Positions 1 to 10,290 of a stretch of 64,000 nt of DNA are shown here, piece by piece. Source of the stretch: Antedon mediterranea (Eukaryota > Animalia > Echinodermata). The notes beneath the pieces were generated by a model. It saw nothing but the letters and a program-made list of their open reading frames with translations, searched no databases and was not told the origin of the DNA. Position 1 is the stretch's first letter; every line of letters starts with the position of its first letter. The translations under genes were made by a program, and so were the position numbers. The DNA lies in NCBI RefSeq assembly GCF_964355755.1, contig NC_092672.1, forward strand, positions 38,632,437-38,696,436, given 5' to 3'.

Positions 1-1182
1 GTCCGGCGACTTTTGAGCGTGAGAATGCCTGAGAATAAAATGCACGCCTCCTCACTCTAGTTTTAGGCCTAGCCTAGACTTTACACCACAGAGTCAATAT
101 AATTGTTGGAATTTATAACCACGTCTTTCATTTACGTTATTAATTTGACATATATATTTACACGCTATTTGTTATTCCTACATGTAGGCCTAGTTGTCAA
201 AAATTAAAGGTAAACAAAAGTCACGAGTTTACATGTCATTTACAAACCTTTTTCATGGATCACATACGTCCGTACCTACGACGTCACATAATTACACGAA
301 AAGGGGGCGTTGTCCAAACGTTTTGAACTGTGTGATTGGATACGACGACCGAGCAGTATTAGGCTCATTGTAATCTTTACGGTGGCCCACAACTGTCACG
401 CACACTATAACACAGAATCACACAATTAAAGAAGGAATTACACAATTAAAGAAGGAATCACACAATTAAAGAAGAAATCGCACAATTAAAGAAGAAATCG
501 CATATAAACAAAAGAAAGCATGAAAATATAAAACGAAATGCACAAATAAAGAAGAGCTAAGCACAATTAAAGAAGTCCGCAACAAATTCGAAAGCTCCTC
601 GCACAATTAAAGAAGTCCGCAACAAATTCGAAAGCTCCTCGCACAATTAAAGAAGTCCGCAACAAATTCGAAAGCTACTCGCACAATTAAAGAAGTCCGC
701 AACAAATTAAAGTACAGTAGTCCGTATGGAACGCCATCGCTGCCTCCGGCAGCAAACTTAATTCTATTCGGCTCTTTTACTATTACGTTCGGCTCTTTTA
801 GCATTCGGCGCATTTCTATTCGGCCCATTTACCATTACGTTCGGCTCTTTCAGCATTCGGCGCATTTCTATTTGGCCTATTTACCATTACGTTCGGCTCT
901 TTCAGCATTCGGCGCATTTCTATTTGGCCCATTTACCATTACGTTCGGATCTTTCTGTATTGATTTGGCCCTTTTTTATTCGGCTCTTTCTGCATTACGT
1001 TCGGCTCTTATTGATTTGGCCCTTTTTTATACGGCGCAATTAAATTCTAACCTTTTACATGCGGTCAAATGGAAGAAAATCAACGGCTGGAAATGAGTCT
1101 ATGAAAAGTTTACAAAACAAATAGATGCAGCATGTAGAGTGTTTGGTTGGTTGAATTAAATGAATTTGAAAGCTATTTCAAT

Positions 1183-1266
1183 ATGACTAATCATGTTATT
1201 GACATGATTAATGTGTTAGAGAAGTTGCAATTGTCCCACCTTATTGACCATTTTGAGAGAGAAAAG
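1183..1266 (+). pseudogene. Remnant first exon in the left arm (MTNHVIDMINVLEKLQLSHLIDHFEREK|gt), SAM-like N-terminus
   Basis: ATG at 1183, 28 open codons, then GTTGAT (weak donor); homologous to the opposite-arm exon. Confidence 0.55.
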
Positions 1267-1335
1267 GTTGATTTATGGCATAGGCTAGCTAGGCCTAGCC
1301 TAGTGTCAGCCTAACATTTAATAATAATAATTTAC

Positions 1336-1425
1336 CCTTTCTCGCTCAAAATTTGTTAAAAGATGAATTAATTTTAGGTTATTCAACACATCTTTAATCG
1401 GTTGGCTACTCATGGTTGGCGCCAT
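1336..1425 (-). pseudogene. Remnant first exon in the right arm (MAPTMSSQPIKDVLNNLKLIHLLTNFERER|gtaaat), SAM-like N-terminus
   Basis: ATG at 1425, 30 open codons, phase-0 GTAAAT donor at the same codon position as in the left arm. Confidence 0.6.
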
Positions 1426-2737
1426 GATGATGAAATGTTTGTAAACTTTTCATAGAATCATTTCCAGTCGTTGATTTTCTTCCATTTGACCCCATGTCAA
1501 AGGTTAGATTTTAATTGCGCCATATAAAAAAATGCCGATTTAAAAAGAGCCCAACGTAATGCAGAAAGAGCCGAATATAAAAGGGCCGAATCAAAAAGAG
1601 CCGAACGCAATGTTAAATGGGCCGAATAAAAAAGAGCCGAATGCTGAAAGAGCCGAACGTAATGGTAAATGGGCCAAATAGAAATGCGCCGAATGCTGAA
1701 AGAGCCGAACGTAATGGTAAATGGGCCGAATAGCGCCGAATGGTAAAAGAGCCGAACGTAATAGAATTAAAGCTTGCTGCCGGAGGCAGCGATGGCGTTC
1801 CATACGGACTACTGTACTTTAATTGTGCGAGGAACATTCGAATTTGTTGCGGACTTCTTTAATTGTGCGAGGAGCTTTTGATTTTGTTGCGAACTTCTTT
1901 AATTGTGCGAGGAGCTTTCGAATTTGTTGCGGACTTCTTTAATTAATTGTGCTTAGCTCTTCTTTAATTGCGCGTTTCTTTATTTGTGCATTTCGTTTTA
2001 TATTTTCATGCTTTCTTTTGTTTATATGCGATTCCTTCTTTAATTGTGTGATTTCTTCTTTAATTGTGTGATTCCTTCTTTAATTGTGTGAATATGATTT
2101 ATATAGTGTGCGTGACAGTTGTGGGCCACCGTAAATCTTAGGTCGTGTTTATACAACACCCTAAATTTGAACACGGCTTTAATTTTTAGCGTGTTGTTCG
2201 GACCGAGGTCAACCCACCTATACTAGAAATCACGATACCGTGTTATACCGGAAGTTTCATCACCACACAGTGCATGCTAGGATAAAAGGTCAAATCGTTG
2301 ATCGCTTGAATTGGCTGGGTTGGTGACTACTTCTTCGCATGCAGCTAAAGTAAAATGACGTCACGTTAAAGTGGGTCGTCACAGAGTATCATGCATATGA
2401 AGCAAACTTGCTGAGCGTGTTTTCCACCACGCGCGACGCGAGATTTATCGAAACTCCTGAGCCATCGACTGACGATCATGTTTTTAACAATTAAAATCAC
2501 GGCATATACAACAAAATATAATTTTTTTCACTGCTGAGGATAATAAATAATATATTTAATTTTAACATAACAGGAAAGCCTAGATACTTCCTTCCAGTGC
2601 GAATAAAAAATAACAATAATGTACAGTATCATTAGTACATTATGTATTTTCAGATGTTGCAAGACATGAGATCCGAAATAGGCTAGGCCCTAGGCCTAGT
2701 GGCAGCGCAGTGCATACCTAGCTGCTAGGGTGGGTGG

Positions 2738-4346
2738 CAGTGGTGGCGCCAGGATTTCCCCGACGGGGGGGCCGAATTCCCCGACAGGGGGGCCGAATTC
2801 CCCCACGGGGGGCCGTACGCGCGAAAGCGGGGGTGGGTTTGGGAGGGGTATTCCCCCTCCCGAGCCTCAGAAAATTTTGAAAAAATAGATGCTTACACAC
2901 TGTTTAATGGGCTAGAGCAACTGTTTCCATTTACATTTAATAACAATGTCACATAATAATGTAAATTTAAATAAATCTTTCCTAAATACTCTAATTAATA
3001 CGGATCTTTTTCGACGAACTAATAATAAACTTTGATCCAAAAATGCCTCGATAGTGCATGTGTTTAGTGTACGACTGTGCTTTGGTGGTCTGTATACAAT
3101 GATGATTGCCGTAATCGCCGTGTCTATAACACAAATCAATAAAATGCCGTTTTTTCGGCCGTGTACATAGAACAAGACATTTCATGTTTATGTTATGCCT
3201 ATGAAATAATAATAAAAGAACATCATGTTTATCGTTTTTTTTATCGTTTATACTGCATACCATTATATAAAAAACCTTCATACGCGAGAAAAAAGTTCAC
3301 GATATTACACTCTACTCTGTACAGGGGTGTAAATATACAGGTCCACGCTAACGCTTGCACACGGACCAGGGCGGAAAATGGTGTATTTTTGGAGAGTGAT
3401 GACGTCAGCATTCACACGAAGAGCGATCTAAGACAACGTGATGCTGGTAGTGGGAGTGCATGTGTTTTGAAAATAACTCAGTTGTGGGTATTTTCCGAAG
3501 ATTTTAAATTGCGTTTTCTTTTTAAACTCTTGAATTCATAAATAGTTCTTTCACTATGTAGGCCTATTTACACAACTATAGCTCTAGCCTACTCTTCTTA
3601 ATTAAAAGAGTCAAGTGCGCCGAATCCGCGTCTAGCGACGGTCACGGGTTTGTTGCATCTTTTTTTTCCCTTTAGAAGTAAGCCACCCTATTCACCCACC
3701 TACCCTAGATCGAGATTTATGCGCGAAAAGAAACGTGACCAGACCCTGTTTTATGGTTCGGGCCAACCGCTTCCTTTTCCCAATCGAACCCCCACCCAAA
3801 CCCCTTTAATCGACAGCGAACATATACGCAAGGGTTATTGGTAAATTGAAACAATTCGTAAACTCAACCGTGAGAACATAACTCGTACCTTTATCCCTGT
3901 ATGAACGTACGTCGATGCGTAGTTGCAAATGAATTTTCGATTTTCGCCTGGAATCTGAAAAATACATATTTTGGTCCCTGGATGTAATATGATACAGCCC
4001 AGATATGTCGACGCGTATACCGCAGTGAGTGAAAGATTCGTACAAACAGACACCGCCAGACAAATGCGTACCACATATACTGTTTACTTCGCTGTCAGTA
4101 TATCGTACGTACGTCAAAAATGGAATGCCGCAGTTACTTAAAATATATAGTAGTACACTTAATATTGTTTTATTTTTTACCAGAAAAGAAATGATCATAT
4201 TTTTCTCCCCGACAAATATGGCCAATACTCCCCGACGGGGGGGGCCAGCTTTCCCCGACGGGGGGGGGGGGGGGGGGGGGGCCCTGGCCCCCCCCCCCCG
4301 ACCCCCCCCCCCCCCCCCCCCCCCCCCCCCGCTGGCGCCACCACTG
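2738..4346. mobile_element. Non-autonomous hAT element nested in the Harbinger-like element
   Basis: 15-bp perfect TIR CAGTGGTGGCGCCAG / CTGGCGCCACCACTG; 8-bp TSD GTGGGTGG at 2730-2737 and 4347-4354; subterminal CCCCGACGGGGGG repeats at both ends. Confidence 0.85.
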
Positions 4347-5020
4347 GTGGGTGGGAAGTGAAGTGTAGTTAGCCGTGGCATCGTGCAGATGTACACTATG
4401 CCACGCGGTAACGATGAAGGAGGATATGGCCTGATAGTGTGTAGTGTACTAATAAACTACTACTCAAATATACTGTATTTTAGGCCGCTAGTGAGTAGAT
4501 AGTATCATAGAAAATCTTTCTAGGCATAGGCATCTAAGCCAAATGGGTCAAATAAACAACTATATTTAATCTGCTTCTTTGTTATCAGGAACAATATCGG
4601 AATAATTTTATTTTCCGTACCACCACCGATCGCACCATCATTTATCACTGAAAACATTTTGTAAAATCAAAGATTGTATAGCGCCGCTCCGCGCTTATTT
4701 GACGACAGGCTTTAACGTGACGTCATTTTACTTTAGCTGCATGCGAAGAAGTAGTCACCGCTCCGGTGGTCCGATGTATTCGCGCGGTTTTTACCATTTT
4801 CATTATTGTATTCGTTCACGTTTGCATTGTTGTTTATTTTGTTCTCGGTTCATTTAAATTAATAAAAGTTATTTTAAGGGTTTCATTGTTTCATCTATAC
4901 ACTATGGAAGAAGATGCCATTTTTGCGATGTTATTTTTTATTCTGTTTGGAGTGGGAAACGATAGAGGCCTACTACCACTACGAGTTGGCCTCCGGCCCC
5001 ACTAGGCTAGCTAGGCGTAA

Positions 5021-5187
5021 AGCCTGGTTCCCACTAGAACGTAACACAAGCGTTTTAACCAATGACAAGCGAAGTTATAGACAGTTAGCAATCACAAGCG
5101 AATAAAGCATCGATTGTGATTGGTGGTCAATTCACTTGCGTTGCGTTACGTCTTTGTGTTGCGTCGCTAGTGCGTGGGAACCACGCT
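5021..5187. mobile_element. Harbinger/Tourist-like MITE, family B
   Basis: TIR AGCCTGGTTCCCAC / GTGGGAACCACGCT; TAA TSD at 5018-5020 and 5188-5190; related copies at 7336-7495 and about 11295-11435. Confidence 0.8.
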
Positions 5188-5591
5188 TAAGACGTGGTAG
5201 GAGGATGATTGCTGGCAGCGAAGCAGCAATAAATGGGCCCAATCTTGTTGCAACGTCGCATGACATGATTGATATTACGACCTGTTTTAACGAGAGGTCA
5301 AAATATACCCTGAGGACACTTCCAACACGGTAACGGCGACCGGGAATCCACCAAATTTTAGGATTCAGCCAAGTAGCCTTTTTTGCAATTAAAATCTCAT
5401 TACACGGAATCTCTTTGTTGTTATACAACACACTTCTCGTAGGCGTGTAGAATATGCGTGTAATAGCGTGTTGTATAAACGCGCCCTTACACTCAGTATG
5501 TAAATGTATACTATTATAGGCCTCTAAAGATGGGATGATGTACTGTAGGGCCTATCAGTTTCATGTCATACGCTGATTTCCATCCTCCGGT

Positions 5592-5802
5592 TAAAAAAAA
5601 ATTGCTGCCACTGTACGTACGACTTATTATCTCGTACGTACGAGATAATATAACACGTACGTACGAGATAATAACACGTACAGTACGAGATAATAAGTCG
5701 TACGTACGTACAAGATAATAACGCGTACGTACGAGATATCTAAGTCGTACGTACGAGTTGTGGAGGCTTTTTTTTTACACATGTCCCCAATGGGGCTTCG
5801 TA
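5592..5802. mobile_element. Truncated palindromic element with TCGTACGTACGAGAT repeats; possible second IS3EU-like MITE
   Basis: Right end ATGTCCCCAATGGGGCTTCGTA (reverse complement starts TACG); the left arm partly mirrors the right but has lost its terminus; no TSD found. Confidence 0.45.
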
Positions 5803-6285
5803 GAATAGGATATGGATCGTAAAAAATATTGTTTATAAACCGCATTTTATAAAAACACATAATAAAAATAAAGCCAGAAGTAAGTTATTTTGTTTATAAA
5901 CAAAATCATTATTTTTGCCAAAAGTAGGCTTAAATTCGAAGTTTTAATTTATTTTTATGTTTTGGGGCACAATGCTGCTTTAAATTATCACATACATACT
6001 TATTTCTCAACTTTATATCTATAATTTCAACCATGAAACACATATACCAGTATGAATAAAAAAATGTTGTTTTCACAATATCACATATATTAAATATCAT
6101 TTCTGTACGAGTTTTTTCCACATAAGTAAAACGGCACTTGACACAATAACGTTTAAAAACATTTTGTTTTCTTTAAATCAATTATGAAGTTAATAGTTTA
6201 CACATTCATAGTAGACCTATTCCTGGAAAGTTTACGGTAATATGGTATTTTAATTAAATAAAGACACTGTGCCTATGTGCCTATC

Positions 6286-7790
6286 TTAAGGTGGAACATA
6301 ACAAAATCCATCGTATCCTTCTGCTATTATAGGATCGGATACAGGGACCCCTAATGCAGTCATCGTAGAAGGCTTATATCTACAATTTGCCACTTTTCCA
6401 TTCGCAATCCAACCCTGGAGATATCCGTATGATAGCCTGCATTGTTTGCTTCCACTAATTCAGAAGATGTGGCGAGTCTGCCTCCAATCTCAGCACATTT
6501 ATCGTCAGCTTCAGTGAAAGTTGTTAGTGAGCTCGCAATAAGTCCTCTAATAGCAACGATCCTATATACAGTAAACGGATATTGATCAGCATCTACATCT
6601 AGTAAGGAACAAAATGCACTGATCTTTGTTTCTCCTGCATGATGCTCAGAAATTCTAAATCTGGTACCAACCAAGATATTTTCCCAACACGGACCTGTAT
6701 GAAAAAAGCAACAGTTTCCAAACATTCCTTTAGTAAACCAAGCCCGTCTACATTGTTTAAATCCTGTTAAAGTGGCGTTGTAAACCTCCATTGGCAGGGC
6801 TAGATGTCCTCCAAACTCACTCTGACATCGATTCTCTGCGTCTGTGTAGATGTAACCATTGGCAACATCGTACCTCAAATTAAGAATTTTCCAGTCGGAA
6901 TGGTAGTCTTTAACTTCGGGTGGAAGGTTCGAGTAGAAATAGCAATAGAAGCAAGGAAACACTGCGCTACGGTCTGGATATATGTTACAACGTGTAGCTG
7001 GTTCCTCGAGTACACACATATTTTCATCATTGGAGAAGGTCACCTCTCCACTTATCAACCAGCAGTTATCACAGCTTGTTGCATTTTCTCCATATTTCAC
7101 GATTGCCGTCACTAGTTGTTCGTAAGACGCCAAAGAACCTTTAAGACGTTGACATTCCTTGGTCGCTTGTTCGTAATTGACGTCAAGGGACATTTTGGAA
7201 AACATGCCATCTTGTATCTGCAACAACAACATATATAGAATGGTCATTTCGGGGTCAATGAGCATCGAACTTATTAGAATTACGTTTTGAACAATTACAT
7301 TCCTAGTTAGCCTATACGCTAACAAAGTATCCTAAAGCTTGTTCCCACTAGCGACGCAGCGCAAGAACGCAACGTAAGTGATTGTACAAATCACAAGCGA
7401 TGAATTATTCGAACCATCGCTTGTCATTAGTCAACTCCTCGCGTTACGCGAACGTCAAGCTTGCGCTTTGCGACTCTAGTAGTGGAAACCACGCTCTAGA
7501 ATAGTACTCACTGAAATTTCGTAATCTCGTGTCGGTTCTGATACGTCATCACTCTCAATATCCTGGGTTGTCTGACATACTATTTTCCCGCCAATTCTAA
7601 TATGACTACACTTTTCAAATCCTATTCTCAGACACGCATGCGCACATCGAATTCGATACAGTTTAATGCTGTACGTAGCTTCTCCAGACATTGTCCGTAT
7701 TCTAAATAACTCCGACTTTAATCCCGGTGTTCGAGCTGAAAAAAGGAAAACAAAAATAAAGTAATAACTACCAAAAACATAATACGCCAT
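6286..7790 (-). CDS. Secreted protein with three Link (Xlink)-like modules; exon 1 7512-7790, exon 2 from 7217; apparent frameshift near 6420 in the third module (pseudogene or assembly error)
   Basis: Hydrophobic N-terminus; TCA|GTGAGT donor and TTGCAG|ATA acceptor in phase 0; motifs YEQATKECQRLKGSLASYEQL..C..CWL, YTDAENRCQSEFGGHLA and FTEADDKCAEIGGRLATSSEL..AGY; a shifted frame continues GWIANGKV...YDGFCYVPP*. Confidence 0.7.
7336..7495. mobile_element. MITE family B copy in the intron of the Link-module gene
   Basis: AGCTTGTTCCCACTAG...GTGGAAACCACGCT, similar to 5021-5187. Confidence 0.7.
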
Positions 7791-8029
7791 TTTGTATCTT
7801 TCGGTGAAAACCCCAACAAAATGATGGTCTTTGGCGTTGTTAGATCATTTTTTAGACCCACTTTTTAACTTTTAAATTTTATCTTAAGCTCTGTCCACAC
7901 TATCAATCTTTATGAGGATTAAAATGAATATTATTAGTGACAGTACAATGGCCTATTAAGAAAATTGTTTTTAAAACATTTTGATAGTTAACCGAAAATG
8001 TCAATAGGAGATACATTTTGCATACATGC

Positions 8030-8585
8030 AAACCAAAATCCACCTTTATTATTCAATTATCCATCCAATTCTCAACTTTAGTTCTGTTATTTTTAATTAT
8101 ATTTCGAAAACTTAGTCTACGCGCATTCAGCGTCTGCATAACCGTTTTTTACGCTACATCAGCCACAACCAGAATCCTGATTTTCATTTCCATGTCCGAT
8201 CTCCTGAGTCCCGTAGAACCTTTTTTGATCTTGTTTATTTTTTGTATAAATGTGTCAATTCTTTGTTTGACTGTAACTTAGTTAGTAATTTTTATCTTAG
8301 AGTCGCCGTCTTAGAAGAAATCCTACTTTCCATATTCCTTTTAGTAGAGTAAATGTTTTAAAAAATGGTTTTAGTAGATTAAGTCAAACTTAAAATTCTT
8401 TTACTTTAAGAAACCCTGAGTTAGATATCTTAGTAATAATTTCCGTAAGTTTCGTAACATTGTTAGTAGTTTGGTTTAATGTATTTTATTGTATATGTTT
8501 GTGTTTGTCTGTGTTCCCTCCTGTAAGTGGTGAACCATGAGTTCACTGTTGGTTGGGAAATGAATAAATAAAATAAATAAAAATT
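8030..8585 (+). mobile_element. Degenerate 3' end of a non-LTR retrotransposon (CR1/L2 group)
   Basis: Translation KIHLYYSIIHPILNFSSVIF...IQRLHNRFLRYI with a stop resembles the post-RT region of LINEs; ends in an AATAAAT-rich tail. Confidence 0.6.
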
Positions 8586-8631
8586 AAAAATAAATTGGCG
8601 AATAAGTAAAAATTTAAAATATTATAAATTA

Positions 8632-8755
8632 TGCTCTGTCTACACTATCGAACTAGTTTGACAAAAAATGTGATGTGCCCATGGGCATGATTATGCCATA
8701 TCACGACCATGTTTGAACATATCACTACCATATTTGGGCACATCGCACTTTTTTT
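8632..8755. mobile_element. Harbinger/Tourist-like MITE, family A (representative; about 13 copies in the window)
   Basis: TIR AGCTCTGTCTACACTATCAAAC with internal CCATATTTGGGCA/GTGATATG repeats, usually next to TAA/TTA. Copies at about 7887, 8632, 15580, 17947, 19429, 28452, 28702, 34071, 38667, 42555, 42860, 58258 and 62976. Confidence 0.75.
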
Positions 8756-9077
8756 GTAATAATAATTACTTCCAATGTTTTCATATTGACATTTTCGGTT
8801 AACTATCAAAATGATTCAAAAACAATTTTATTGTAATGTCACGTCGTAGACCTAATAACTATTCTTTTTAACCAAAAAAACTGATAATGATCGGGCTATT
8901 TTCATCCCAAAGATTTTTAATAGGCCATTGTACTGTCACGTCGTAGACCTAATAATTATTCATTTTAACCAAAAGCACTGAAACTGATAATGATCGGCCT
9001 ATGTTTACTCTAAAAAAAATTATTCCAAAACATTTTTTAATAGGCCATTGTAATGTCACGTAGACCAAATAACTTTC

Positions 9078-9311
9078 TTTTGTGGATTTTTACTTTTATG
9101 TTAAACCAAGACAACGAAAAGGAATAAAATTACCTTCGTGACGTTTCGCCGACAATCTGTCAGCTGCTTCAGACTAATGCCTGGGTTGGAATGGTCTGGT
9201 TTTTTAAACGTCACGAAGGTAATTTTATTCCTTTTCGTTGTCTTGGTTTAACATAAAAGTAAAAATCCACAAAAATATTATTTGGAACCAGATGAATTTA
9301 TTCAATGTAAT
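9078..9311. mobile_element. Short Penelope-like insertion: two inverted pLTR fragments
   Basis: Matches the ends of the 19747-21587 element; 12-bp TSD CAAATAACTTTC at 9066-9077 and 9312-9323. Confidence 0.9.
9135..9177 (-). ncRNA. Minimal type I hammerhead ribozyme (variant core) in the Penelope pLTR
   Basis: Reverse complement reads CTGAAGCA-GCTGACA-GAT-TGTCGGC-GAAACGTC. Confidence 0.6.
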
Positions 9312-10119
9312 CAAATAACTTTCATTAAAACAAAAATTAATCAAAAATATGTTGACTGTAATGTCACGTAGACCTAATAATTATTCTTTTTGATCCAAAA
9401 CACTGACACTGAAATACATTCCAAGAAATATTTCGAAACTGGTGGCGAGAAAGTCAAACTACTTGTCATGTGACGTCTTACCTTTTGTCGTCAGACAGAA
9501 AGACATGACAAGTAATAATATCACAACTCCTGTCATGATATTCCCAACAGTGATGTTCCTAAAAGAAAGAAAATGTTTTGTTTAGCTTCTCTACATACAA
9601 GATCAATTTTATCTTTCAAATTCATATCGTATAATACTAAAGCATTTCTGATTTCTTTATTTTACTCTTTACTATTTCCATTCACAAATATCATAAGCAT
9701 ACATAATAATCATTATAAACAGAAGAATGAAAAACTTAAAGAATTAAAAATTTCTTCAAACGTTCATGGAGAAAATCAAATTCGATTCGATCTTTTTATT
9801 TCTAATATTAATGAGAATAAAGTGGTGTTTACGCCACTAAAGAGGACTAAAATGTATTTCTGTCTTCTGATATGGTTACCTCGGAAAGGTACATCACGTA
9901 CGATTAGATGATCGTACACATCTTTCTTGTATATATATATATGTTTATTGTTACTTAATTATCATATTCATTTTGTGTGGAAAACCAATAAAAACAAACA
10001 AACACTTGTGAAAACATTAATTGATGGTTATGGAATAATTTACCTATTAATATAATGTGCGTATAGCTCCAAGTGTACAATGTTTAAACATTGTTAAAAA
10101 GTTTTCTTTTCCCTAAGGA

Positions 10120-10252
10120 ATAATTTAGATTTGTCCTTGTAAACTAAACTCAAAACTCATCTCTTCAGAGAAGCATAATCACACGCTACTACTTGCACAG
10201 ATCTTGGAAAACACAGCGCTTTGAAACCTTTGTCTCTTGCGCTTTATAAATG

Positions 10253-10288
<36 letters not shown>

Positions 10289-10290
10289 CT
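10120..10290 (+). mobile_element. L2/CR1-type LINE 3' terminus
   Basis: KTKLKTHLFREA* followed by AGCGCTTTGA...GCGCTTTATAAAT and a (TAT)n tail. Confidence 0.6.

Larger units (their letters stand above)
378..2133. mobile_element. Non-autonomous foldback DNA transposon, IS3EU-like (about 800-890 bp inverted arms built of tandem subrepeats)
   Basis: Termini TACGGTGGCCCACAACTGTCACGCACAC (378) and its reverse complement ending at 2133; 6-bp TSD AATCTT at 372-377 and 2134-2139; arms mirror each other to within about 70 bp of the centre. TAY..RTA termini with a 6-bp TSD match the IS3EU superfamily as I recall it. Confidence 0.8.
2141..5486. mobile_element. Non-autonomous PIF/Harbinger-like DNA transposon carrying nested insertions
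   Basis: Imperfect TIRs GGTCGTGTTTATACAACAC / GTGTTGTATAAACGCGCCC; TTA TSD at 2138-2140 and 5487-5489; no transposase ORF recognised. Confidence 0.7.

Noticed and set aside
3806-4396. Gly/Pro-rich 196-aa and 110-aa ORFs
   Set aside because: They are translations of the G and C homopolymer runs at the hAT right end and cross the element boundary.
7336-7495. MITE disrupting the Link-module coding sequence
   Set aside because: A good in-phase donor (7511) and acceptor (7218) place it inside an intron.
9460-9514. 12-bp-stem hairpin as a possible pre-miRNA
   Set aside because: Short, with a large bulge and no other support; such hairpins are common in MITE-rich DNA.
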